Assembly: GCF_018350175.1 (NCBI RefSeq)
Contig: NC_058368.1
Span: forward strand, 178,872,001-178,936,000
Direction of reading: 5' to 3'
Origin: Felis catus
Taxonomy: Eukaryota
Length of the DNA stretch: 64,000 nucleotides
Shown: positions 1-13,495 of the stretch, one piece after another
Layout of the letters: each line of letters opens with the position of its first letter
Position numbering within the stretch: the first letter of the stretch is position 1
Notes under the pieces: generated by a model
Seen by the model: only the letters and a program-made list of their open reading frames with translations
What the model was told of the DNA's origin: nothing
Database searches by the model: none
Position numbers and translations under genes: made by a program

Positions 1-214
1 GAAGCCTGCAGGCATCTGGTTCACATTTGGAAGGGAATCAAACACTTCTCCTGATTCAAAACAGCCAAAGTGACATGTTTTGTTTCCATGTCAGAGATTT
101 ATAACTCTCAGCCAGAACCTCTCCATGAACCCAGTGCGGGGGTGACTCCCTATCTAGCACATGACTGTGGTGATCTGCAGCTGTGATGTCAGCCACTGCT
201 GTGCTTTGGGCCCA

Positions 215-430
215 ACTCCTCGCTGACATGCTGTGACACTTCAGGCTATCTGCTTATCACCTCTGAGTCTCAGTTCCCACATCCTTCCAGCAGAAAAAGT
301 ACTAGTAAGAGTAACTAACTTGTAGTGTAGTGGTAAGGGCTGAGAAAGATAATGCCCATAGAATGCTTCCCATGAGATCTGCACATGTAAGCCATCAGAA
401 AATGGCAGCTACTCTTTTTATCATCATTAT
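215..430 (+). mobile_element. MIR
   Basis: cctctgagtctcagttcccacatc core and MIR-like tail. Confidence 0.6.
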
Positions 431-1730
431 CATAATAGCTCAGTTGCCTAATTTGAATGCAAGGTAGTGGGAGAGAATCTTATTCAAAGATAATGTTTAT
501 TAAATACTTATAGGATAACTCTTTCCAACAGAGTGGACCTTGTAGCCCTCCACCCAGGCATCATCTCCCCAAGGAGGCCTACTATGCATTGGGCACAGAG
601 CGTAGAGTCTGTGAGTATAAGGTCTTTACACTCATGAAACTTACACTTTACTGGAGGAAAGAGAAAAAAAAATGTGCATGGAGACAAATAAAAAAGATAA
701 TTTCAAATAACATTTAGTGCTATGAAGAGACTACAACAGGCTAAGTGGTAATACATAAAAACCATGGGACCAGCGGGGAACCCTCAAAGGGGCTCAGTCA
801 GGGGAGAAAGCATTTGAATGGAGACTGGTAAAACCTTACAGTGAATTCTCCCAGCAAGCCCCCTGACACATTCCAATTCTGCAAAAACCCTATGAAACAG
901 AAAGAGTAGGTATTATGAACTTCTTACAGATGAGCCAACTGAGGCATGGAGACAGCCCAGGCCTTGTCTGAAGCTGCACATCTAGTCATAGGCCAAAGCC
1001 CAGCTAAGAAATGAACACCCTAGATGAGCAGGCAGAAAATACCATTGCCTCAGCTCACCGGCTACTTGCTAAACTTGCATGCAAGAGATCCTGGGGGTCA
1101 GGGGTTTCCCCAGAGGAGGGATCCCCTTTCAGGGACCTTCTCTCTCACATCTCCAGAGGTAGCAATCTGGACTTTTCCCTAAGGCTTTGAGGAATTGTCT
1201 CTTCTTGCCTACGCCTTGAGCAGATGTGGCACTCTGCTTGCCCCAGGGATGTGTTTTGAGACCCTCACATCTCACAGAGGCCCCAGGGATTGTCTGAACC
1301 CAAAAAGTGACTTCTGAAGGAATCATGAAATGTACTGTGAGCTTTGTGAGCTTTATTTTTCAGTGTGAGTGGCTGCTTTTCTAGGCTCCGGTGAATAGAA
1401 AACTACAAGAATGTGATACATTTCTAAAAGGTGGTACCCACTCTGACAATGGATGAACGCAAATCTCCTCTTTAGCATAAGATACATTATACAGTCACAT
1501 TTGCATATGCTGCTCAGTTAATGACTATTTAATCAAGGGCCTGGTTCTAAACCCTCAGCTTCAATCAAGGGCCTGGTTCCCTCCTTGCCCACACCCGTCT
1601 GTGGAAACCCCCAGAGGCACTGGCATACCTTATGTGTGCTTCGAGATGTGTTTGATGGTAGCAATCAGCCCAAGATGCTAGAGCCGCCTTGCCAGGGCAC
1701 CCCAAGCACACCATGGTGCCTCACACTCAC

Positions 1731-1809
1731 CTGGAACTCAAAGTTTGTGTGTTCCAGGAACTTCTGATTCATGGTTTCTGCAAACTTGTTGATCGCTCTC
1801 AGGAAGACC
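1731..1809 (-). CDS. DOCK2: DOCK2 internal coding exon (79 nt, phase 2-0; about exon 30)
   Basis: Minus strand reads ccttctcccctcttccag|GGTCTTC...GAGTTCCAG|gtgagt. The first G completes AGG (Arg), then [26 protein letters not shown]; also visible inside ORF 1665..1847(-). Confidence 0.97.
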
Positions 1810-2099
1810 CTGGAAGAGGGGAGAAGGTCACTAGGCCATCTCAGCATGCTAGGTCAAGCATCCCTCCCCATCTTCCAGACCAAAGTTCCCTCAGGGAGGG
1901 GCTCAAAGACCCAAAGAAGAGGTCAGCTGACCCACCTGCTCATACAGTAGACCTGGGGCCATGTTTGCTCTGCAAGAACTTAAGAACTAACCATTTGACT
2001 TCCCTAGAAAATGTGCATTATCTTTTGTTTAAACTATTACAAGCTTATGCCAGAAAATTTATGCTATCCAGAAAGACAGAAATTGCCTCCTCCACAACA

Positions 2100-2540
2100 A
2101 ACAAGCAAACAAAAAAACCACCAAATTTTATCACCTAGAGAAAACAATCCTTGAGATTCTGATGAGCGTTATGTTCAAAGGTCTCCCTAGATGTATACAC
2201 ATGAGTGGTATTTGAAAGATATCATTTTGATAAATAGGGCTAAACGGCAAATGCTGTTTCACAGCTTGTCTTTTTTACTCAGCAATAAATAGTGTGTTCC
2301 TTTCGTGCCAATGAACGCAGATATACATCATGCCTTTTAATCACTGAAGAGTATGCCATTGTATGGATGTGTCACGGTTTATGTAATCAGTCATTTAGTG
2401 ATGATCCTAGATGCTCAGCTCTTACAGTGTTTCAGTGATCGCTCTTTACGTATGCCTTGCACCTCCTATATATACCTCTTTTCCAGTCTTCTTCTTGAAG
2501 TGGTAATACTTAGCAAATGTTATGCCCACTTAACATTTTG
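2100..2540 (-). mobile_element. Old L1M 3'-region fragment
   Basis: gcttgtcttttttactcagcaat...gtatgccattgtatggatgtgtcacggtttat resembles an antisense L1M/L1ME 3' end. Confidence 0.55.
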
Positions 2541-2559
2541 GTACCTGTTGTCAAATTGT

Positions 2560-3480
2560 GTTTCTCCTTAAATGTCTTCCCATCCATCTCTTCCTTCCCT
2601 TCCTCCTACCAAGCCCCACTGACTGGTCTTTCAGCCTCCCATCTCTTGCCTCTTCAATATCAAGAATACTTTGCCCAATTGACAGCTCCAGTCATGTTAA
2701 TCACCCATTTCAGTGACTGTCCACTGTCCACAAGATAAGCCCAAACTCTTTCTCTTGACAGTCAATGGCCTTCATGACTGGACCCCATCCTTTCTGGACT
2801 AATTTCTCACTGCTATTCTGTGCTTTTTCTTGTTTTCTGATACAAAGCTGCATTCCTCCTTTGTATAGACTACCTCTCTTCTTTTAAATCTCTTTAGGGC
2901 AGGGTTTGCTGCATCTTTGTGTCCCCCAAAGGATGGTCATTGCAATTTCTTTTCTCAGAATTCATCATGGTCTAGGATGACTTATTTGTGTGACTCAATA
3001 ATGCCTGTCTGCTCCACTAGACTGTACTTTCCTTGATATCAGAGACTCCCTCTGTGATCTCATCTACTCTCCAACCTACTTGCCTTTGGCTCCCAAACTT
3101 ACATCTTCCTCCCTGGTCTCTCCCTTGAGCTCCAGCTTGCAACCCAGCTCCTTACTCCATACCCTCACATGGATGACTAATAGGCATCTCAAACATAATG
3201 TCAAAATTTCAACTCCTATTACCTGTAGTCTTCCCATCTAAGTTAAGAGTAACTCCATTCTTCCAACTGCTCAGTGGGGGAAAAAAACCTGGAAGCATCT
3301 TTGATTTTTTCTCTTTCTCTCATATCCTATACCTGGCCTGTCAGCAAAACCTCTCAGTGTTACTTTCAAAATACACTCATAATTTGACTTCTTTTCATCA
3401 CCCCATTGCCAGTGACCTCAACCAAACCACCATCATTTCTCTCCTAGATTTCTGCAATAGCCTCCAAACTGCCACATGCC
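2560..3480 (+). mobile_element. L2 fragments (two adjacent pieces)
   Basis: ctccactagactgta (L2 3' end) and ggatgactaataggcatctcaaac...accatcatttctctcctagatt...caatagcctcc (L2 body). Confidence 0.75.
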
Positions 3481-3709
3481 AAACTGTGATCTAGTCTCCA
3501 TTGTGCATGTGTTTTTGTAAAGTCTTCAAGGAGAGTGGATAGACCTTACCTGTACCACTGTCTAAAATTTTTGATTAACAGTGAATAATCAATAACTGCT
3601 TATCCATTGAATGTCTGGTCCAGGGAAAATGCCTATTTGGCTTACCTGAGACACAATAGGATGCCAGTAAAGAAAGTACTAATTAGAAGGTTATTGCTTT
3701 GGGTAATGA

Positions 3710-4010
3710 TTTTTGCTTAGGAAGCTCTGAAAGACTGTATAAAGCATACCTGCACATCAGAGGTATCCCCTCCCAGGGATGAGGAACCTGGGCTATTTAT
3801 TTACTAATGCCAGCCCCTCACAAGGTGAAAATTACTCCTGAGGACATTAAGTCCCTAGCACTTCTGGCTTGCCTTGCAGATGGACTGGTCTCTCTCTTGC
3901 AGCCAGAGAAAGTCCAGAGAATGAAAGAAGTAGGAAGCTCTCAGGATGTGTGGTGAATGTCCACCAAAGCTGCAGGTATACTCTGGATGGGCCAAGAGTG
4001 TGGGCAGGGC
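3710..4010. mobile_element. LTR33-like ERVL LTR fragment
   Basis: catcagaggtatcccctcccagggatgaggaacctgggctatttat...gcacttctggcttgcc...gcagccagagaaag. Confidence 0.55.
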
Positions 4011-6324
4011 AATTATAGCATGTGCTACATTGAGCATTCCTTGTAAAGAACCTGAGCCAGGTGTTCATCAAGCACTTAAATGTTTGTTGAACAAAGAAGA
4101 CAGTGCAGCCTGGTATCAGGATCCCAAGATTTGTATACCACCCCCCCCCCCACACACACACACACACATACACGCACAGCTGGATGTGGTTTCTGGCTTT
4201 GCCACTTGCCAGCTGTGTGGATTTGGGACATCTGTTAATATCACTTTGACATCTCAGCTTCCATGCTTGTGAAATACCAACAGTGTAACCGCTTTCACAG
4301 GGTTGCTGCAGGCTTCAATGGCAAAAACATGGCAAGGGTGGAGCATGGTGCCTGACACCATGGTAACAACAGTAAGAGAGCAGCCATGGCCACTTCAGAC
4401 CCTTTGCATGGCTTCGTTCTTCTTCTGAGGTCAGGGACTGACAGCAAAATGGGAAGACAGGACAAGTTGCAACCAGTAACCAGTTCTGAGGTAGGCAGGA
4501 TCACACAAAGACAAAACAATGAAAGTTTCACAAAATCCTCCCCATATCAGGATGTCAGAAAGTGAGATTTCTTTGGTTTTGCTCTTCTGTCATTTGCTAA
4601 TATGCCTTTGAAAAATATCTATATTTTCTCCTTTAAGATTAGTATCTGATTCCTCAGAGGGAAATGCATTGAGTGGCTGTCATGTTATAAACTTCTTGTA
4701 ATCTGTAATGTGATCCCAAAATGAGGAGTTTTACAAATTCTCAGAAGCAACAAAGCTATTAGTAGTAGTCAGTAATAGTTATTATTCTGATTGTCAGCCT
4801 AAATCTGTCTCTGGTTCTCAAAGGCCAGTTGAATGACCAGGAATTGATCAACACTCTTGTGTTAATGGTGGATACTGATAGCAGATAAGGGCTGGGGGCA
4901 GTAAGTCAAGGTTCTTCCCTCTCTCTGGATTCTTCCACAGCTACCCACTGGGAATCATAATATCACTTAACTTTGGTTTCTCATGTATGGGTTTGGAAAA
5001 GTTATGTCTTTTGGTTTCTCTTTAAAAATAACTATACTTAAATCCTAAGCACTAATATGGTGAAGTAGATTGGAATTAAAACATACTCAACGATCTCTGT
5101 TACTCTCAACAATGAACTTGAATTGTTGAAAACAAAGTTCATGATCAAATCTCAACCTAACACTTCCTGCAACTCATTTGCAATGCTTAGCAGGATCTAT
5201 AAAATCAATAATAATCAGAGCCACAGTTACCAGTAATGGGCAGGGCTCTCTGCTAAGTACTTAGCATGGATTCTTTCTGTGTTTCTGTTTTTCTTTTTTA
5301 GTTCTCACATTAATTCTCTCAGTTAGATGTTGTTTCCATTTTAGAGATACGAGTTTAGGTAACTTTCCTAATAACCCAGACAATACATGTGAAACCAGGA
5401 TTTAAACAGAGGTACGATGCCTTCACATCCTAGGTATTTAACCACTATGCTATTCTGTCCATAAGAAAACCTCTTAATTCTGTTCAACGGGAGCTATGAG
5501 TTCACCTTATTAATAATAGCAACTACAGAAGTACCGGTATTCATGTACCCTGTGCTAAGTACTCTAACAGACACTCTTTCACGTAATTCTACAAACTGAG
5601 GTATGAGCCAATGTTACACCCATTTAACAGAAGAAGAAACTGAATATTGGAAAAATAAAATGATCTCCCCACATTCACATAGCACATGAGCAGCAGAGTC
5701 CAGACCCAATCTCAGGGTTGTCTCTCTCTAAAGACTTTGCATTTAACCAGAAGGATATACTGGCTCCCTTGAAGGCCAGCCTGCACAGTCTTTTGGCGCT
5801 GGGCATGCTCGAACTCGTGCCTGCCATTCTGCCCAAAGTTCCTATACACTTTGTCCCTATCATCCTGCTGCTCTGCCCACAGCTGCCTGGGCACAAGGCC
5901 AACGCTTGACTCAGACAGTCTTCCCTGGGTGGCCAGCAGCCCATGGGTGACCTTATCGGTACCCCGTGGGGGCACCCAGGCCTGAAGTGTAGTTAAATCA
6001 AATCCTTTTAGGCAGTCCGATAGCATGACAACCAGGGAGAGTGCAGTGACCTACGTCCTGAGTAGAAGCCATGAACAGATGACTCTGACAGGAAGCAGAA
6101 GCTGTAAGAGAGAGAAGTCAGCTGCTGTAAGAAGGAAGAAACTGGCAGAAAGATCCTTGAAGGCACAGTAGGGTCATAATGATGATAGTTAAAATTTAAC
6201 AAGATATTACTAAGTGTTCTATATGAATTTTCTCAACCAATTTTCACAATATCACTAGGAAGTAGGCGCTATTGGTATTACTTTTATTACATAGACTCCA
6301 GCATGTGCTGGAGCAAGTTGATCC

Positions 6325-6515
6325 CGGGTCAGAGTCCCACTCTGGTCCTCTTCCATGCTGTGGCCTGGAGCTAGTTGCTTGACCTCTGGGAATCTCAACT
6401 GCCCCTTATGTGAAATAAGCCATGTAAAGGTTAAATAAGATGTAGTGTATAAAGCTGGTGGCCTAATGCCTCAGCACATAGAAGTCCTCAATAAATGTCA
6501 GTCACTGTTGTTGTC
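6325..6515 (+). mobile_element. MIR
   Basis: gttgcttgacctctgggaatctca...taaataagatg...gcacatagaagtcctcaataaatg. Confidence 0.7.
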
Positions 6516-7386
6516 ATTATTGTTAACAGCCTGGTCACCTGGTAGCTCTGTGGCAGGAGTATCCAAGGCTGAAAACATTCTGACGTGACAACCAACCCAC
6601 ACCCAGAGGTTGTGCTGTGGAAATAAAAGGGTATGCCCTTTCTGGTGAAAACACCCAAGGGAGAGAGAAGGCCTCTCTGAATCCCATTTCCCCTTCCCCC
6701 TGCAGTCCATAGGATGCAGTTGATTCTACTGGTTAAAACTGGACAATGGAAAATAAAAGAGCTGGAGAAGGGAGCTCTCACTCCTCCCCTTGAGGCAGTG
6801 AGAAATCCATTCTCCCAGAGCCTTTAAGCTGCTTGCCTCACAACACACAAAAGCTCCATGCACCCAAGAGGTTAGAGTGAATCGACAGCTTCCAGCTCAG
6901 CGTCAAGGAATGGCTCACTCCGCAGTGCCCCTGACACCGCTCATGTAATCTGGGATTCTAGCAAGCGATGCAGTAGGCTCTTGGGATCTAGACTCCTGCA
7001 GCCTGCTGAACACCAGGATTAGTTGTGCTGTGCTGGCTAAAGAACCCATGGAGAGGCCTCCTTCTGGGCAATATGCACTGGAGGAGGCGAGGTCCATAAA
7101 AAGGAGTAGGCACTGCAAATTAATGTAGGTAGTAGGAAGGGGAAGTGGCAGTCAGTGATTTGTCAGCATCCCGTTGGAGCCACCATAGGACTGCTGGGCA
7201 CTGCCCTACTCAACATCCTACACTTGACTTCTGTGACCCCATTGTGTGCCTCTTATGTGCTTGAGACAATGTTAGACCTTGAAATATGTCACTGATAAAG
7301 GTAGACAAGATCTGGTCCAGATTTGCCTTTTCTGTGAAATATTTTGGATATTCCCAAACCATAGGAATGTGACAAGGAAAAAAAAA

Positions 7387-7600
7387 TAGCTAACACTTAT
7401 GAAATGCTTGCCATGTGCCAAACACTGTTCTAACCACTGTGTGTACATTATTTCATTTCATTTTGGCCCTCACAACTGTGATAGGTACTTTTATTAGCCC
7501 CATTTTACAGGAGGAAAAACTGAGTCATAGTAATTACATAACTTTGCCCAAGGCCATCTAACTATTAAATGGTAGAGGCAGGATATGGACCCTGGCAGTC
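7387..7600 (-). mobile_element. MIR
   Basis: agctaacacttat...tgtgccaaacactgttctaa...cccattttacaggaggaaaaactgag...aactttgcccaaggcca. Confidence 0.85.
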
Positions 7601-8225
7601 GTAAATCCTAACTTGTCTGGATATTCTTTGTGCTCTGAACTCACTGCAGTGACTGCAGCAATTGGTCATATTTCCATGGGCACATTTACTGTCTCACCAA
7701 CTAGACCGTAAGCCCCCTGCCTTCTGGGACCACGGCACAGGCCCACTCCCTAGAGCCCTGCATAACCAGGACACTCAATAAATATGTGTTGGTTGATTCC
7801 ATTTAAGATGCTATAGGGATGTGTACAAACCCCCAACCCCCCTCAAAATGTTGGATTTCCAGCTTGAGGTGCAGATGGAAGGGGAGAAAAGAGGTTCCTA
7901 GGTATAATTTTGTTAGTTTACAATATTATGAAGAACTTCATCATTTAAAAATTTACCGTATCATGTAAATCAAATCTTTCTGAAAGCTGCATCTTACCAA
8001 AAAGAAAAAAATGTTCTAACAGAAGGCATTTCTTGCAGTAGACATGTCGCTTTGTCTGCATACACAAACAGTACACACAGCTGAGGAGACATTCAACTCT
8101 GGAAAACTCCATTTTCTCCAACAAGAAGATAAATAAATTACATATGACTAATACATACACACATAAATCATAAGTGATAACAGAGAAATTATAAAAACAG
8201 GTAAGTTTTGTAATATATAAGTAAT

Positions 8226-8291
8226 AAGGAAGGAAAGAAGGAAGGAAGGAAGGAAGGAAGGAAGGAAGGAAGGAAGGAAGGAAGGAAGGAA
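8226..8291. repeat. (GGAA)n microsatellite
   Basis: Directly visible tandem GGAA array. Confidence 0.97.
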
Positions 8292-9496
8292 ATTGTAAAG
8301 TACATACTAACCAGCATAGGAAGTAGAAATGATGTTCTGAAAAATCCTAGTCAGGGCTAAGCAAGGCTAATGTTCTGTTTGTCCAATTTACATTGAAATC
8401 TTTCACTAACTAGTTGCATGACCTTGGACAAGTTACCTCTTTGGGTCTCTTTCAGTTATCTGAGCCACTACGTATGCAGTGAGCACATCTGTACAATGCA
8501 CTTCATAAAATGAGCCTCACTATTTTACAGGATAAAGCAGTAAAGATAAAGAACACGGACTCTGATCGCATGGCTTATTAGCAGTGCAACACTGTGTGAG
8601 TTACTCATCTATCCTCATATGTAATATCTGTCCTCATATGTGGACTGTAGTAGTTTACATCATAAATTTGTTGGTAAGATTAAATAAACTCATACAGATT
8701 ATAAGATTAAATAAGGTATTCACAGCAGGGGTGGATCTAGGTGCTCAATACATGTTAGCTATCATAACATCACAGCAAATGTAAAAGAGGTGAGAAAATT
8801 TCAAGTGCCCCACTGTGGACTGAAGATGAAGGACATCTACTGACTCATCGACATGACTTCAAGGAGAAAAGAGTCATTTTTCTGGTTGACGTTAGGCACA
8901 TCCTTCTCTAGTCCAAGGCTAAATTTGTTGTCTACCCCTGGAGATGGCAATGCTTCTATTCAGTGAGTTTTCTGAGGTCCCACCACTGTGCTGAGGAGTC
9001 ACTCATTCTATCCTCACAAAAAATACCATGAAATGGAGATTATAATTAATCCCCATTTTACAGATCAGGAAATTGAGAGTCCAAGAGATTAAATGACTTC
9101 CCAAGAAATAGAAGTGGCAGAACTAAGAAGTCTGAAACCCGGCTATATTTCTGATTCTTTTTTTTTTTTTTTTAATGTAGAGACTTAAGTACTTAGCTGA
9201 TCCTTAAGAGATACAAATATTTCTACTTAGGAGACAATTCCACTTCCTTAGATCCTTTAGAAAATCATATTGTAATTTTCTAAGTTTAAAGAAACCAAGG
9301 ATTATGGTATCATCTCTTGGGGCCTGTCCCCCAAAAAGACTAAAGTCCATAGCTCGCTGGCACTGTAGGAGGGGACATTCCTCCAGACTCTTCCACATGC
9401 TTCCTCTAAGATGACTGTAGATGACGCAGAAGGAATTGCTGGCCTGGTCAGGGCTGCGGCCTCTCTGGGCTTCCATCATCCTGACCCTGTATAAGT

Positions 9497-10050
9497 GGTA
9501 GATGTCTGCATTTATTTGCCTATCTATCATCCATTTCTCCTGCTGGTAATAACACCTAGATGTTTCCTTTGGGTAACTATTCCCCCTACCTCCCCTTTTG
9601 CTCCCAGGCTTTGTGGTTTGGGTAGAACTAACCATAGCCTCCCAGTTGCAAGGTGAGTCACGTGACCCAAGCTTGATGAAACAGCAAATTTCATTTTCCT
9701 GTCCACAGAAGTTTATAAATGGGCATGTAGCCTAAGCCAGAACTCTGAATATTAGCCTGGGGACTCTTGTTATACCTATTGAAGAAGAGGCCTTTTCTTT
9801 TTAGTGGGGTTGCTAATTCAAGACATATATCTGGAATTTCTAGAGCCCATTTCCTCCACCACAAAGAGAGTATCTACCTGAGAATGAAGCCAACAGAGAA
9901 AAGAGCAAAGATAGAGATACAGATTTCCTACAACACTTTTTGAGCACCTAGATACATCTATGCCTGAAGTCATAACTCTGAGATTTTTCAGTTGTCTGAA
10001 CTAATAAACTTGACTCTCCTTTTACTTAGGCAAATTTAAACTAGATTCCT
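9497..10050. mobile_element. MLT1 (ERVL-MaLR) solo LTR, J/K/L-like
   Basis: cacgtgacccaag...ctgagaatgaagccaacagagaa...tttgagcacctagat...tgcctgaag...ttttcagtt...aataaa, typical of older MLT1 LTRs. Confidence 0.75.
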
Positions 10051-10069
10051 TTAAAAATTCTAATCAGTA

Positions 10070-10500
10070 AGTACTCACTGGATACACAGAGTTCATTATA
10101 TGTATTTATGAATGTCAGCCTCTGCGGTAGGAGCTGGAAACACAGAGATAAATTAGATATAGTGCTTGCCTTCAAGAAGTCCATTCTTTAGTGACAGAAA
10201 CAGTCATGTGAAGAGATAATTATAGTACAGTAGAATAAGTGCCATAATATGGGCATGTGTAGAAACACAAAGAAAAGAACACATTCTCCTACCATGACAA
10301 GAGTTCTAGAAGCATCCACAAAGGAGAGATTATAGTGTCAAGAATTTGAAGGATACTTTCATGCTGAGTTTGGCCTAGAAGGGAGGAAAGCAATAGTTTA
10401 TGACAAGTCACAGAAGAATAAACTGGTAGATAACAGTGAATAGTTGAATGTATCTAAAGTAAAGGGTGAGTTGAAGATGACTCATGTGGGTGGTTCATGT
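10070..10500 (-). mobile_element. L2 fragment
   Basis: tgcttgccttcaagaag...ataattatagtacag...ataagtgcc, an antisense L2 pattern. Confidence 0.55.
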
Positions 10501-10616
10501 ATTTTGGCAAAGCCTGAAGACATTATTGACCAGCTGGCAGACAGTAAGAGGATTCACATACAGCTTAAGAGCTGGCTACTACCATAATATGAGATGACTG
10601 AACATTGACATAAGGT

Positions 10617-10793
10617 ACTATCAGCTATATAATTTGTTGAGCTCAGTACACAATGAAAATGTGAATCTCCTTGTCGAAAAATTACTAAGAATTTCAAGAT
10701 GATAAAGAGAGGGCATTACACCAAGTATGGGGACTTTTATAGTGCAGGGTGGTAAGCAACTGCACAAGTTGCAGACCCAGAAAGCTGGCCCTG
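10617..10793 (-). mobile_element. MER45A-like hAT DNA transposon
   Basis: The reverse complement starts cagggccagctt and contains tcttgaaattcttagtaattttt...cattttcattgtgtactg...aaattatatagc, as in the recalled MER45A consensus. Confidence 0.75.
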
Positions 10794-12268
10794 ACATAGA
10801 GGTAGAAATGGACCTGCCTCTGATCTGTGATGTGGCCTGAGTTAGCAGGCAAGGTTAGCTCAGAATGAGAATTCTGACATTTTATTGCTGGGGTGATTTT
10901 CCTCCTCCCAACATAAGCTCTGGTGCACAGACATACTTTCTTCTGCCTTGAGAAACCTCTTCTTCCCTTCACCAGCCCCTAAAGCTGGCCCCAAGAGCAC
11001 TGTGGGTAAGTGTGTCTATCAAGTCACATGGCTAGACACTTAGGCATCCAATTAGTAGAAGAACATCTTTTCAGAGGACAGAAAGGTAAGGGATGAGGGT
11101 CACCCGGGACTGGAGTCAGCTATGAGGCATACACGAGATAGAAATTCTCAGACTGTATCCAATGACAAAATTATTAATAAGTAAATGTTTAGAGTCTTTT
11201 CTCCCTGCCTCCCATTAAGGAGAATTTTGGATCTGCCTCTTCAACTTCTCTTTTTCTTTCACCCTCTAGGGATATTCCCATTTGCCAGTCAATTCTTGGT
11301 TTTGCGATATGGAACAAGGGCAACAGGTAGAGACAGACAACAGTGTAGAGTGAAGGCCTTTCATTGGGTGGATTTAAAATAAATATACAAAACCAAAGGG
11401 AAGTAAGTGAGGGGAAAAAAGGGGAAGGGGCCAAGAGGATCCAATTTTAAAGGGGTTTGTGGATAAGGACTGAGAATAAGATTCTAAGAGAAACTTGAAT
11501 AAAGCATAGGATGTGAGAGATACTGAGAACCACAGAAATGGAGAAAGGGAATAGCAGAAAGTATTGTTGAGTCTTATCATTTGAATTTCATTTGGATGAG
11601 ATGATACTATTTGAGAGATAATCACTTTTCTTTAATGTTGTGCTGGGTTATGTGGGATCTGAATTATACTTGGGTTATACTGGTATCCTATGAGATGTTA
11701 ATAGAAATTATATACACACAGAGAAGCATACATATATGAACACCAAACGATTCCACTAACAAATAAATTTGTGAAATTCTGTATCCTAAATCCTCCAGAG
11801 AATTCCATGAGCATACTGAAGGCTCTAGGAAGTCCTGCAGCACAGAAATCTTTTCAAAGCTATTTAATCCAATGCTTCCTAAATTTATTTCACTCTGTGC
11901 CACAAAATATATTTTATTATTTTGAATAAATGTTAAAATAATATAATTTTAATAAGGCTGACCTTAAGGTCTACTGTCTCGAGAGTTTAGGGAAGACTTC
12001 ACAAAGCATGTTACTTTAACTGGTATTTGAAGAATGGAGAAGGTGGGGGGTAGCCAGCTCAGTATATAAAAAAGGCATGAGGACTAAAACATTAAAAAAA
12101 AAAAAGGAGGTTCAAGATTGGTGTGGAACTCCTTGGGGTTTAAAGGTAGAAAGACTCTGCTACACTTTTTATTTTCACCAGGGAAAAGGTATCCCCACCT
12201 TGTCTCTACGAGTGCTCTTTAAACTGATCACTGGGGTAAGGTAGCTGTTAGGAATGAGTGACAGCTCA

Positions 12269-12391
<123 letters not shown>

Positions 12392-13197
12392 TCATCTTGT
12401 TTTGTAGGAACTCACTAGAAGTGCCCAGATCTTGTTGGCTGTTTACGTTTTTCTTTATTATTTTTTGGAGGGTCAGAAAAGGAAAGGGCACAGCCTTTCA
12501 AATAAGTCCAAAGAAACCAACAGCAGTGGATTTTTAAATGGAAGCTTCAAGTTAGTTACCAGGAGACTGTTTCACAAATACAAGTGGAATGTGAATATGG
12601 AAAGTGAAAACACTCTCAAAACAAAGCACTAGCAATTCTGTCTTTGGGAAGAAAGAAGTAAATGCATTTATTGATGTTGCAATTTTATAATCATCTTCCC
12701 AGATATGTATTTAATACGGAAATACTCTATACTTTGTGAAGGCATCTCAGGTCATTTAGCAAACAATTATAAACACAACCATCTAATTATCAGTCGTATA
12801 AACACAGCTCATTCATATGTCACAGATACATCCATGGGCACATTAGAGGAAACAGCCCAGGGACTCTCTTCCTCTCATTTGAAGAGGCTCAGAGTGGATC
12901 TCAACACACCCCATCAGATACTGATTGAAGCAGGCCAAGATTCTGCTCCATCTTTGGAGAATACAAATTCAAGACAAGTCCAAATGGCAAAGACCAGGAC
13001 CACTGTCATGTGGACACTCCTAAGCTTGAGGAAGAAAAGTCATACTGTCTGTATGCTTTCAGTAAAATTTAAAATCAGTAGGAAACCCACTCAGAGTTCT
13101 TTCCTTAAGCCAGTGGTTTCCAAGTTATTCTAACAGCAGAATTCCAGGTCCAAAGAAAATATTACCCAGAACCTAACATATAAAATAGATAAAAGTA

Positions 13198-13420
13198 GGG
13201 GCGCCTGGGTGGCTCAGTTGGTTAAGCGGCCGACTTCGGCTCAGGTCATGATTTCGCAGTCCATGAGTTCGAGCCCCGCGTCGGGCTCTGTGCTGACAGC
13301 TCAGAGCCTGGAGCCTGTTTCAGATTCTGTGTCTCCCTCTCTCTGACCCTCCCCCATTCATGCTCTGTCTCTCTCTGTCTCAAAAATAAATAAACGTTAA
13401 AAAAAATTAAAAAAAATAAA
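13198..13420 (+). mobile_element. Can-SINE (SINEC_Fc type), full length
   Basis: GGGGCGCCTGGGTGGCTCAG head, GAGTTCGAGCC B box, CT-rich tract and A tail. TSD ataaaatagataaaagta(g) at 13180 and 13421. Confidence 0.97.
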
Positions 13421-13448
13421 ATAAAATAGATAAAAGTAGAAGAGCTGT

Positions 13449-13449
<1 letters not shown>

Positions 13450-13493
<44 letters not shown>
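13450..13493. repeat. (GT)n microsatellite
   Basis: Directly visible. Confidence 0.97.

Positions 13494-13495
<2 letters not shown>

Noticed and set aside
1689..2138. 149-aa + strand ORF
   Set aside because: It is the antisense shadow of the real DOCK2 exon 1731-1809 plus intron.
9204..9635. 143-aa minus-strand ORF
   Set aside because: Starts inside an MLT1 LTR and has no domain similarity.
13198..13280. tRNA-like A/B boxes
   Set aside because: These are the tRNA-derived heads of Can-SINEs, not tRNA genes.
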